From positions 1 through 36,325 of the IMG/VR virus record IMGVR_UViG_2711768053_000014: DNA of 36,325 nucleotides, one strand, 5' to 3'. Positions 26,987 through 35,578 of this stretch are shown piece after piece. The notes under the pieces were generated by a model that saw only the letters and a list, made by a program, of their open reading frames with translations, was not told where the DNA came from and ran no database searches. Source of the stretch: a virus (lineage: Duplodnaviria; Heunggongvirae; Uroviricota; Caudoviricetes). Every line of letters starts with the position of its first letter. Within the stretch, counting starts at the first letter, position 1. The translations under genes and the position numbers were made by a program.

Positions 26987-27484
26987 TCAGTTAACTTTAC
27001 GGGCAGAACATGTAGTCTTCATTACTGAACGTTCAATTTTTATCTTCCAGCCATTTACTGTTTTTTCGACAGGATCATCTTCAGCTTGCTTTAAATTTTC
27101 AACTTGCATGAAATTCAGTGGGGCTGGGGTATCATCGTCCCATGATGTCGGACGAACATAATCAGGGACAACAAAAGGCTCAAAAACAGTTTCACATAAA
27201 GCAGACGTCATTTGAGCAAACTCGTCGCTATCGGGGCGAACCGGTCCTGTAACATACTGCATTTTTATGTTGATTTCGTTATCTCGCACAGACGCCTTTA
27301 AATCCTGATATACACCTAAGTTAAATCCTTTAAACTCAGCAATGGCAGCGTCACCTTTACCGTACCAGTCGGTATAGTCAACGGATGTTTTTTTCTGAAA
27401 AACATCTTTGACTTTTTGCTGGAATGTATCCGCCGCTTGTACAGTAGTAACAGTTAGTAGAAGAATAAGGGGAAGATATTTCAT
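26987..27484 (-). CDS. Secreted (signal-peptide) protein of unknown function in the position of Mu late activator C
   Basis: 165-aa ORF; N-terminus MKYLPLILLLTVTTVQA|AD is a classical Sec signal peptide with an AxA site; start overlaps the mor stop (translational coupling); followed by a terminator hairpin; no similarity to the Mor/C family. Confidence 0.6.
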   Translation of the reverse strand: MKYLPLILLLTVTTVQAADTFQQKVKDVFQKKTSVDYTDWYGKGDAAIAEFKGFNLGVYQDLKASVRDNEINIKMQYVTGPVRPDSDEFAQMTSALCETVFEPFVVPDYVRPTSWDDDTPAPLNFMQVENLKQAEDDPVEKTVNGWKIKIERSVMKTTCSARKVN

Positions 27485-27882
27485 TGTTCGTCCTTAAATA
27501 GTTGCATTTGATATTTTCCACGCTCCAGTCGGCGCATTCTTTTGATGGCCTGATATACCGTTTTGTATGTCACTTTGTAACGCTGCACCAGCTCCGCTAC
27601 GTTTTTCCCATCAAAATCACGCCAGATGCGCATGTCTCTGATAAGATTTTCCAGTATTTTCCCTTTCGGAACATATACCTGAATCCCACCGATATGATTG
27701 CAAATCGCCACTACCAGCTCAAGAGAGTGGGCAGGGTTAACTCCAAGCCTTATCAGCTCCTGTCGCAACAGAGCATTCAGCTCAGCCAGTAAAGATGGAA
27801 ATCCCGATTTTTCCTGAATATCATCAAAATATTCAAGGATACTGTCGTCCTGATAATCACCAAATAAATCCTGCTCTTTCAT
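27481..27882 (-). CDS. mor: Mor/C-family transcriptional activator (middle operon regulator-like)
   Basis: 133-aa ORF; ...DLFGDYQDD...FPSLLAELNALLRQELIRLGVNPAHSLELVVAICNHIGGIQVYVP...VTYKTVYQAIKRMRR resembles Mu Mor as I recall it; located right after gemA as in Mu. Confidence 0.8.
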   Translation of the reverse strand: MKEQDLFGDYQDDSILEYFDDIQEKSGFPSLLAELNALLRQELIRLGVNPAHSLELVVAICNHIGGIQVYVPKGKILENLIRDMRIWRDFDGKNVAELVQRYKVTYKTVYQAIKRMRRLERGKYQMQLFKDEQ

Positions 27883-28430
27883 AGAACTATTCTCCCACTG
27901 TTTCTGGCGCGGGCATACGCACTGGTCAGTGCATCATATCCGCGCAGGTCCCGCCCGGTTTCGCTCACAGGTAAAGGTACGCCATGTCGGGCAAAGGCTT
28001 CCCGGATGCAGCGCATATGCCACTGTTTGAGCGTTTCGAGCACAACCTGCAACGATTCCCCGTGACACCAGGCCAGCGTGGAAACACCCTGACCGCCATT
28101 ACGTCTGGCTGTCAGGCGCTCAACGTATTTGTCCAGCGCGGCGTCGCTGATATCGGAGACGAAACCATCAAGGAACATCTGCTGCCAGATTTTGTAAATC
28201 TTCTCGCGTGGTGTGACATGCCCCTTAAAGCGACGGCGGGGATGTTTTTTCTGCTTTTTAAAACCGCGCTCTTTCATGGCATCGAGCACTTGTTCCAGTT
28301 GTGCAACGGACAGCTCGCGGCAACTGGTTTTGCCCGTGCACTGCACCAGAAAAGCACGGTAAGTGTCATCGTCGAGTTGCAACTCCCGACGGGCAACATG
28401 AATTAATTTAATCAGGGATGTGCGGCTCAT
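27879..28430 (-). CDS. gemA: GemA-like early regulatory protein (Mu gp16 family)
   Basis: 183-aa ORF immediately upstream of mor, the position and size of Mu GemA. Confidence 0.65.
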   Translation of the reverse strand: MSRTSLIKLIHVARRELQLDDDTYRAFLVQCTGKTSCRELSVAQLEQVLDAMKERGFKKQKKHPRRRFKGHVTPREKIYKIWQQMFLDGFVSDISDAALDKYVERLTARRNGGQGVSTLAWCHGESLQVVLETLKQWHMRCIREAFARHGVPLPVSETGRDLRGYDALTSAYARARNSGRIVL

Positions 28431-28743
28431 TATGTCCCCCGGATTTAAAAATTAACTCAGTGTTGAATAACTCCTTACTCATTCGCTGTAACACATCAAG
28501 GGCGGCAACTGCCGCCACTTTATCCTGACCGGCAATGATTTTTCGTAATTCCTCTATAATCCAGGCAGGGCTTAATGATTCAGCAATCATCGTGCGCTTC
28601 TCTGAAATTAAATTTTCTCTGGCCTGCTCATAGTGTTGGTATACGACATTATCCAGAAAATCATTTACCTTTTGTTCTGACATGCCACTGGAAATTAAGG
28701 TTGCAGCCATTAAATCAGAATCAGTAATCATCTGTATTTTCAT
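28408..28743 (-). CDS. Hypothetical early protein
   Basis: 111-aa ORF in the semi-essential early region between gam and gemA. Confidence 0.4.
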   Translation of the reverse strand: MKIQMITDSDLMAATLISSGMSEQKVNDFLDNVVYQHYEQARENLISEKRTMIAESLSPAWIIEELRKIIAGQDKVAAVAALDVLQRMSKELFNTELIFKSGGHNEPHIPD

Positions 28744-29116
28744 CTCTTAATACCTTTTCAGGATTCAGGAAAACTGCGCCGGTAACCTCCAGCAGATTCA
28801 CCAGAGCATGGGTCGCAATTGCTGCGGCCAGGCAATCACCGTTGTAGCAGACATTGTCGATAACGCTTTTTATTATTCTTATCAGCGATGGCAGTGTGGT
28901 GTTTTCCAGAATTTCCAGCCTGAACTGCTTCAGCCAGTATTCATATTCAGCTTCATCAAATGGAAGCTCACCCATCAGTTCTGTCAGAGTTGTATCGGCC
29001 TGCTCCGGTGTATATCCACTGACAACCAGTTGCGCCCGCATTTCAGCCCGATATTTAGGGTCGTCATAAATATGCTTACTCATTTCGTAATACCTCTTCG
29101 CAATAAAAGATTTCAC
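28721..29116 (-). CDS. Hypothetical early protein
   Basis: 131-aa ORF (alternative start codon per track) in the early region. Confidence 0.4.
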   Translation of the reverse strand: MKSFIAKRYYEMSKHIYDDPKYRAEMRAQLVVSGYTPEQADTTLTELMGELPFDEAEYEYWLKQFRLEILENTTLPSLIRIIKSVIDNVCYNGDCLAAAIATHALVNLLEVTGAVFLNPEKVLRDENTDDY

Positions 29117-29258
29117 TGGGATAACGTTTTTGTATGCGCTCCATCACCTGCATACATGCCTGCTCTGTGGGCCAGATTTTTTCCGTTACCGGAATGGCAT
29201 CGCAGGCATCATTCCCACAAGTGCCAACCAGCAGGACAAAGCCAGTTGACTTAATCAT
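29076..29258 (-). CDS. Small Cys-rich hypothetical early protein
   Basis: ORF track 29076..29354; the internal Met at 29258 follows the upstream stop and gives ~60 aa with several Cys (possible metal-binding). Confidence 0.35.
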   Translation of the reverse strand: MIKSTGFVLLVGTCGNDACDAIPVTEKIWPTEQACMQVMERIQKRYPSEIFYCEEVLRNE

Positions 29259-29790
29259 GCTCGCTGACATCCTGTGTTGCCGCCGGAACCGCTGAATAAT
29301 CAAGAATGAGATAGCGCAGGACGTGGGCGGTGATATTCCAGCCACTGGAGCCACAAATAAAACGTCCCAGTCGGATATCGATATATGCCATCACAAAACG
29401 GGGCATTCCCTGTTTGCACATCTCGTCATCCACTTCAGCAACGATGTAAACCGACTCGCAGGTCAGTACGCCTGTCGCAAATTCTTTTGCCAGTGCCGGA
29501 ATGGCATTGCCTTCCAGCCAGGGCAAAGAGCGGCGGAACGTGCACCATTGAGCATCATCAACAGCGGGGTGCTCCGTTGCGTTTCGTCTTACTGGCGGCG
29601 TCGGACGAGGGCGCGGAACGTCATAAAATCCGTTGCATTCAGTGAGAACTCCGGCATCAACCGCATCACGCAGGAAATACACCATTGACGAGGGAGGCAT
29701 CTTCATTTTTTCAGCCAGAACGCCACAGGTCAGACGTCCGTAAGCCCGTAATAATGTACTGACACCGTTCAGAACTTTTGCATCAACCAT
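29251..29790 (-). CDS. Hypothetical early protein with possible N-terminal winged-helix domain
   Basis: 179-aa ORF immediately downstream of gam in the early operon. Confidence 0.45.
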   Translation of the reverse strand: MVDAKVLNGVSTLLRAYGRLTCGVLAEKMKMPPSSMVYFLRDAVDAGVLTECNGFYDVPRPRPTPPVRRNATEHPAVDDAQWCTFRRSLPWLEGNAIPALAKEFATGVLTCESVYIVAEVDDEMCKQGMPRFVMAYIDIRLGRFICGSSGWNITAHVLRYLILDYSAVPAATQDVSEHD

Positions 29791-29888
29791 TTTTTATTCC
29801 TCAGTAATCTGTTTCAGGCGCGAGCAATCCCCTGACGCATCGCGCCATAATTAGAAGAAAGTGAACTAATTAAATATTAATGGTGGTA

Positions 29889-30413
29889 TTAAATACCGGC
29901 TTCCTGTTCAAACGGAATAATAGAAAAATCTTCAATGCCTGATTTAACTGTAATTCCGGCGACACCTGCGACTGCTTTCGGTTCCAGTAAAATCGCTTCC
30001 TTGTTGATTTCCTGTTTCGTGCGAATAAAGCGTTGCAGGCCAAGACGCTCCAGCGTTTCCATCACCGCATCCACACCGCGAATACTTACCGATGGTGGGC
30101 GCTGACGCCATGACACATCGCCGGTTACCAGGTTTGCCGTCTTCACCTTGCCACCGTTCGTCAGTTCGTCACGGTTCGCTTCACACCATCCCTGAACACC
30201 TTTTGAAAGGGTTTCAATACTGGTTTTAAGCGGCGCAATCTGTGAGGCGTATTTCTCCGTAATCTCAGCGATAGCGTCATTCATTTCCGTTTCAAGCCGT
30301 GCCGCTTCGCGTTGCAGGTCACCAATCCGGCGGATATCACATACCACGGCATCGCGGGATTGCGGAACATAAGCCGCTGCGGCACTCTTGATTCGTTTTG
30401 CTGGTTTAGCCAT
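29889..30413 (-). CDS. gam: Host-nuclease inhibitor protein Gam (Ku-like DNA end-binding)
   Basis: 174-aa ORF MAKPAKRIKSAAAAYVPQSRDAV...GDVSWRQRPPSVSIRG...IIPFEQEAGI, near-identical to Mu Gam as I recall it; same length. Confidence 0.9.
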   Translation of the reverse strand: MAKPAKRIKSAAAAYVPQSRDAVVCDIRRIGDLQREAARLETEMNDAIAEITEKYASQIAPLKTSIETLSKGVQGWCEANRDELTNGGKVKTANLVTGDVSWRQRPPSVSIRGVDAVMETLERLGLQRFIRTKQEINKEAILLEPKAVAGVAGITVKSGIEDFSIIPFEQEAGI

Positions 30414-30433
30414 ATAAATAAAGCTCCTGTTAA

Positions 30434-30724
30434 TTAATATTCGCTGTATACAATGCTGGATACAGCACGATTGCTTAATTCCATCTTTTGGGCTATCACA
30501 TGAATATCCAGCCCTTCTTTATAAAGTTCACGACACAAATATTTGTCGTGCTCACTGATTCGATATGCACACAACGATATTCCGTGCCTTCTGGCATGTG
30601 CCCGTAGGGCGGTTGTGGCAACGTTCAGTTTTTTCGCCATTTCCTCGACGGTCATTTTCCCGACACTGGCTTCGATAAATTCCCGGTCTTCGCGTGACCA
30701 TCTTTTGCGAGGGATTATCATCAT
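30434..30724 (-). CDS. Putative HTH DNA-binding early protein
   Basis: ORF track 30434..30799; internal Met at 30724 has a perfect RBS (GGAAGGAGG); two helix-turn-helix-like segments. Confidence 0.45.
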   Translation of the reverse strand: MMIIPRKRWSREDREFIEASVGKMTVEEMAKKLNVATTALRAHARRHGISLCAYRISEHDKYLCRELYKEGLDIHVIAQKMELSNRAVSSIVYSEY

Positions 30725-30740
30725 GCCTCCTTCCCTGAAA

Positions 30741-31010
30741 TTAATGTTTGGCTGCATCCGGGTTATACCGGAATAACTCGCCTTCGGCTTCCAGCCCAAG
30801 TTCTCTGGTTGACTTCAACAACTCCTGGGTTGCTTTTTCAATAATTTCAGGAGCCATGCTCTTGATAATGCCTGCCATCACGTCATGCGGTCCGGTTTGC
30901 TCCTTAGGAGACTGTTCTTCCAGTTGCACACTCACTCCTACAAAGAAACCTCCTTTTTTCTGAAACTCAACATCTTCCATGCGGTTAAATTCAAAGATTA
31001 CTTTTGCCAT
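30741..31010 (-). CDS. Hypothetical early protein
   Basis: ORF track 30741..31064; likely start at the internal Met at 31010 with a GAGGAA RBS; 89 aa. Confidence 0.4.
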   Translation of the reverse strand: MAKVIFEFNRMEDVEFQKKGGFFVGVSVQLEEQSPKEQTGPHDVMAGIIKSMAPEIIEKATQELLKSTRELGLEAEGELFRYNPDAAKH

Positions 31011-31042
31011 TTTGTTATTCCTCACAAATAAATAAGCCGTTA

Positions 31043-31270
31043 TTAACGCCAGATAATCTGGCAACCATTAAGGCGGGCCGTCCATACGGAACGGGCAACC
31101 CCTGATTTATGCTCCATAATCCTGACAGCGTTTCTGACCAGCTCCGGTGGCGGGCAGGTAATTTCAAGCACCGGGCGGGCCACGCCCAGCCAGGATTCGT
31201 TGACGTGGCTGCCGCGCTCCTGTAACCAGCTCTTTACTTCCGTTGCCATTTTGATATTCCGTGACATCAT
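31043..31270 (-). CDS. kil: Kil-like small early protein
   Basis: ORF track 31043..31315; Met at 31270 follows the B stop with an AAGGAGA RBS, giving 75 aa, the size and position (immediately after B) of Mu kil; symbol assigned by synteny only. Confidence 0.45.
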   Translation of the reverse strand: MMSRNIKMATEVKSWLQERGSHVNESWLGVARPVLEITCPPPELVRNAVRIMEHKSGVARSVWTARLNGCQIIWR

Positions 31271-31283
31271 GATTTCGCTCTCC

Positions 31284-32222
31284 TTACGTGCGCAGCAGGG
31301 TTGAAATATCAACATCCAGGTCTAATTCACGGAAAGCCTGACGCAGATAATCTTCATTAACACGTTCACCTTTGCCGTGGGCGGTCATGGCAGCAAGGCG
31401 CAGCGAGTGGTTCAGGATGCGAAGCGCACCTGGTTTTTGCGCAATCTGCTGTAATAATTCCCGTTCGTTTTCGCCGGTAATTTGCCAGGCATCCGCAATG
31501 GCTTTTACATCATCAATTTTGGTTTTATTGATTGCCGTCCGTTTTGCAATACGGGAAAACAGGCGGGCAAACTCAACCGTTCTGTTACCACCGGTCATGT
31601 TTGAATAAACACGGTGATTCCCCATCAGAACAAGACCAATACGGGCGGATTCCTGTAACAGGCGGAGTTCTTCCAGAACCTCAGCGCCAAGATGATCAGC
31701 TTCATCGATAATGACCAGCCCCTGCGTACCTTCAAGACGGCGTCTCAAAGCGCGGGAGAGTGGCCCCTTACGGCGCGGTGCGTCATTCATTCCCAGTTCA
31801 TAAGCCAGTTCAGTCAGGCATTCCAGAACACTGGCACAGGATGGGGTAATGGTGATCATCCAGACATTGTTATTGGTACGACGAAATTCGCGGGCCGCTT
31901 CAGTTTTTCCCACACCTGGATTACCGCAGATAACAGAAATACTTTCAGTCAGGCTGGCAAAACGCATACTCGTCCAGATTTGGCGTGCTGTTCTGGTTTC
32001 CACAAAACGCGGGGGTTCTGGCAGCTCTGCGGCGCGGTGATAGTTCTCCAGCCAGCGTTCCAGCGTCTGCGCGACACGGTCATTGTCGCCGTTGTACTTG
32101 TTATTCACGAATGCGCTTAACGTTCCTGCGGCCACGCCGGACTCGCGGGCAATTTGTGCATAAGTTGTTTTTTCACTTTCTACAAGCGTGCGCAGTCCTG
32201 CGCGAATATCGGAAATATTCAT
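31284..32222 (-). CDS. B: Transposition protein B (ATP-dependent target DNA activator)
   Basis: 312-aa [28 protein letters not shown]... with a Walker A motif ([12 protein letters not shown]); near-identical to MuB as I recall it; directly downstream of A. Confidence 0.9.
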   Translation of the reverse strand: MNISDIRAGLRTLVESEKTTYAQIARESGVAAGTLSAFVNNKYNGDNDRVAQTLERWLENYHRAAELPEPPRFVETRTARQIWTSMRFASLTESISVICGNPGVGKTEAAREFRRTNNNVWMITITPSCASVLECLTELAYELGMNDAPRRKGPLSRALRRRLEGTQGLVIIDEADHLGAEVLEELRLLQESARIGLVLMGNHRVYSNMTGGNRTVEFARLFSRIAKRTAINKTKIDDVKAIADAWQITGENERELLQQIAQKPGALRILNHSLRLAAMTAHGKGERVNEDYLRQAFRELDLDVDISTLLRT

Positions 32223-32260
32223 CTGAATAACCTCGTAATTAAATTTTGTTTAAACGTTAA

Positions 32261-34249
32261 TTAAATGGCTCTTTTACGTCTGTTCTGTTCCAGAATATCC
32301 AGCGAATGATTCAGATATTCATCACGATCAGTTTCATATTCATCATCGGGTTCCTGGTATTTCACCTGCACCGTGTTACCGGAAGGCCGGAAAATACCAA
32401 CAACCCTTGATTCTGGTGCTGCTGGTTCGGCTATCTGCGGCAGCAGTTCAGCAACTTCCAGCGCGTCCATTTGTTTCTGCGCCTTAATGGCTGCTTTAGT
32501 TGCAGATTTCAGTTGTTTCTGGCGGCGGCGATATTCACGGCCTGCCGCAGCATCATTAAACGCAACAGGTGCCAGACATTCCGCTTCACAGATAAACCGA
32601 CCGTCCAGGGTGTAGCAATAAACCGTGCTGTGTAACTGCTGTGGATCAAACCTGACCACAACTTTTTTCACGCCGGCATTCATTAACGCCATGTTGTAAT
32701 AAACGTTTTTTGCGCCTTTAAGGGAGCCGCCAACTTTAAGCGTAAACTCGCCTTTGCGTGAAACGTTCACCGCCTCGGCAGGCAGCAACAGCATCCGTTT
32801 TTGCTCTTCGGTTGGCTTACGCACAATCGTTCTGGCGTATTCACGTTCGAAAACATCATCAAACGAAAGTTTGCCCCCGCACATTTCTGTTTCTCGGCCT
32901 GTTCTGGCATTGAACATCGCCACACCTTCGGCAAGGGTTTTCAGAAACAGCTCTGCATCAACAGCACGGTCGCCATAGTTATCAGGTTTTGCCTGCGGAT
33001 TTGGCCCCGTATATGCGCCAGCCAGTGCCGGATGCTTATCAACGTATTCCTCAAGCCCACCAACACCGAAAGCACGTTCAACAGGTTTTGCCTGGCCCCA
33101 GCCTTTACCGGCAACAACGCTTGTCCAGTGCATTTTCGCCCCCATCAGTAAAAACAGTCCTTTTGGATCGTCCTCTTTTACCTTAAAGCGGTAGCGATTG
33201 GGCGCGCCTCCCGTCAGCCATTTATTCGCTGCGCCACGGGTGTTATCAATGGTGATGTGAAAATCCTCCGGGATACCGTAGCGAGTCACAACATCCATGA
33301 ACGAGAGGCGAATTGAATCAATGTTCTCGCTCACATCGCAGCGCCAGCCCAGAATTTTTCGGGTTTTCACATCCTGCCAGAACCATGTTTTCGGGCGGAT
33401 CACATCACCGTTAAACCAGCGTACAAAGACGTTATGCAGATAACCGTCGCCGTTGATCCACTGCATGGCGTCCAGGTGTTCCACAGTTCGCTGCTGTGCC
33501 GGTATCAGATGCATCAGTGCATGTTCACCTTCACGACAGGCAACAACCATTGCCTCGTCCAGTTGCTGAATCCGGCGAAAGGCGGTGGCACGGGAGGGAA
33601 TACTCCAGCCATGCTCGCGGGCTGCCAGTTCCAGACGCTCATAACATTTGCGGAAGGCGGGTTTTTCCGGTCGCAGATAATCTGCAATCAGAAACTGCCA
33701 GGCATCCTCGTCAAATTCACTTTTGTGAACATTGCGACGGGATGCACCACGTCCATCAACAAGCGCAGCCGCCCAGTCAGGCTTCGCAAACTTCTGTACC
33801 TGGTAATACTTGTCCCGCAAAGTGGATGCGCTGACCTGGTAATGTCCTGCAACGGTCGCAAAAGCCGTTTTCGTTGAAATCCCCTGGTTCAGCATTTCGT
33901 CTGCAGCCTGAACCGCAGGCAACCATTTTTCAGCAAGTCTGCGCTGAGAATCGCTGGCTTTATCCCATTTGCTCCACAGCACCTCACGATCATAATCATG
34001 GGCTTCCAGCGTGGGGCGGGCGATTTCAAAACGCCCCTGGCTTGTTTCAATTCCCCCTTGTTGGATCAAAAACTCAGCTCGGGCAGAGTTAGGAAGAGAA
34101 GATATATGGTATTCATAAGCAACCCCTTTAATTCCTTCTCTTCTTCTCTTGAGCCATCCTTCTCTCTGTGCCCTTTTGTGAATCCCCATTAATGAACCAG
34201 GTAAACCAGATAAACCCGCACACTCAATTGCTGATATCCACTCTCTCAT
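32261..34249 (-). CDS. A: DDE transposase A (MuA)
   Basis: 662-aa ORF; N-terminal DNA-binding domain similar to the repressor N-terminus, with the central and C-terminal regions reading as Mu A from memory; follows ner. Confidence 0.95.
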
Positions 34250-34460
34250 TGTGATCCCTTAGATATCTACTAGGCCAAATTTCTTCAGGTTTCATGTTTA
34301 AGGCATCAGCAATGATACGTTCACCTTTGGGCCATGGCCTGACTAATGCATTTGCGAGTGTCCCGGTTGAATAACCCGAACGTCTGGACAGTTTTGCCAG
34401 AGGGATTCCTGTTTTTTTGAGGGCCGCAATCACGTCAGCCCGATGCCAATCGTTACTCAT
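34224..34460 (-). CDS. ner: Ner-like DNA-binding protein (negative regulator of early transcription)
   Basis: 78-aa ORF ...[12 protein letters not shown]...TLANAL...WPKGE.IIA.AL...[10 protein letters not shown] resembles Mu Ner; first gene of the early operon, upstream of A. Confidence 0.85.
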
Positions 34461-34640
34461 CTTTCACACATCAACCATATTGCGTATGATAAAGGGTTAT
34501 CAAAACAGATAATCTGTCTTGATTATCTGTTTTATACATTGTCACATAAACCAAATAAACTCAACCAGTTTATATGAGTTGATGTGATTTATTTTGTAAC
34601 ACTTTGATTTATATACATATAATTTTGGTAAACTTAGTTT
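34461..34640. promoter_or_regulatory. Divergent early/repressor promoter-operator region (candidate Pe/Pc, operators, transposition enhancer)
   Basis: AT-rich 180-bp gap between divergent ner and c; palindrome AAACAGATAATC-(6 nt)-GATTATCTGTTT at ~34503..34532; about 0.95 kb from the left end, where Mu has its operator/enhancer. Confidence 0.55.
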
Positions 34641-35150
34641 ATGAAAAGTTCAAGAGAGATAAACCAGTGGATGACGCCCAAGCAAATTACTGAACTGGAC
34701 GGAATGCCAGGAACAATACAAGGCGTGCACAAACGAGCGAAGAAAGAAGGATGGCCTAAGCGTTCGCAAGAAGGGCGTCGTGGGCCTGGGGTTGAGTATC
34801 TCCCGGTAATACCAGCTATGCAGGGAACGTCTATCGAAGAAATGAATGCTGATACATTGAAGATGTTCTCCATATTAATCAATAAATTAGGAGAAAATGA
34901 AGTCCGGGAAATAGAGCTGAATATGGCTAAATACGGGCTTTCCGGGTTAATGCATGAACGCCCCCCTATATCTGCTGATACCCTATTGGCAACGTTGGGC
35001 ATTGATCGCCAAACGCTACAAACAGCTTTGGTGCTACATACATTACCCTCAGAAGCTCGCAAAGAGATTTTGTCAAGCTATGGCGTTCATGAACAGGAAG
35101 GTCTTGTAGTTCCTTCACAGGATCCACAAGATGTAAAAAAAGCCGTATAA
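34641..35150 (+). CDS. c: Mu-type repressor c
   Basis: 169-aa ORF; N-terminus (...GMPGTIQGVHKRAKKEGWPKR...) parallels the transposase N-terminal DNA-binding domain and the C-terminus (EILSSYGVHEQEGLVVPSQDPQDVKKAV) closely matches the Mu repressor as I recall it; divergent from ner at the left end. Confidence 0.85.
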   Translation: MKSSREINQWMTPKQITELDGMPGTIQGVHKRAKKEGWPKRSQEGRRGPGVEYLPVIPAMQGTSIEEMNADTLKMFSILINKLGENEVREIELNMAKYGLSGLMHERPPISADTLLATLGIDRQTLQTALVLHTLPSEARKEILSSYGVHEQEGLVVPSQDPQDVKKAV

Positions 35151-35299
35151 CAACCAGGAACCTAGCTAAAACACATAATTCCCCTCAAATGGCCCGGATG
35201 GTAAGATACCGAAATGGCAAAAGGTGTTTTTGATATATATCATTTGCCAAAAGCCTGGTTGTTATCGGGTTTGAAGCATTTTTGAAGCTGCAATTGAAA

Positions 35300-35490
35300 T
35301 GATGTGTGAATTAATCGCTTTTCGTATCTTTAATGAAACAAAAGCCATTTCTACCAATCTTTCGCGTTTCAAGGCTTAACGGCTAAAATCTGCTCTACAG
35401 GCTTGCAAGCCCCATCAAATCTAATCCCGTCAAATCCCGAATAATCCAATGTCCTCCCGGTTTTTTTCGTACTTCTTGTGAATCAATACA
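35300..35490 (-). repeat. Mu left-end terminal region with transposase binding sites (L1 and L2/L3-like)
   Basis: Minus-strand terminus TGTATTGATTCACAAGAAGTACGAAAA (L1) at ~35464..35490; internal sites TGTTTCATTAAAGATACGAAAAG (~35321..35345) and TGAAACGCGAAAG (~35363..35377) fit the MuA site pattern TTTCA...CGAAA; host DNA starts at ~35491 (gcagg...). Confidence 0.85.
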
Positions 35491-35578
35491 GCAGGCATTC
35501 GTTGATGGGATTAAAGAAACGCCTTAAATAAGAAGCAGTGATATACTCCCACCAGACTCCCCGGCAGGAAAAAGACAA

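Larger units (their letters stand above)
1..35490 (-). mobile_element. Mu-like transposable prophage, right end beyond window start; left end at ~35490
   Basis: Mu gene order on the minus strand (ner-A-B-kil-gam-gemA-mor-lysis-terminase-portal-head-tail-fibres-com-mom) with divergent c repressor; minus-strand terminal sequence TGTATTGATTCACAAGAAGTACGAAAAAAACCGGGAGGACATTGG matches my recollection of the Mu left end; mom runs off the window start, so attR is outside. Confidence 0.9.

Noticed and set aside
29200-29230. Apparent 1-nt frame discontinuity when hand-translating the 29076..29354 ORF.
   Set aside because: Most likely my own counting error while reading the sequence by eye; the supplied ORF track reads through, so no frameshift or pseudogene is claimed.
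32261-34249. Possibility that the transposase marks an insertion sequence or composite transposon rather than a phage.
   Set aside because: The transposase sits in the full Mu arrangement (c, ner, A, B, gam, mor, structural genes, com/mom) with a Mu-type left end; this is a transposable phage, not an IS.
1-35490. Integrase/tRNA-associated genomic island or lambdoid prophage, suggested by the lambda-like Stf fibre.
   Set aside because: No integrase, excisionase or tRNA is present; the element ends in Mu-type transposase binding sites, and tail-fibre genes are known to be horizontally shared between unrelated phages.
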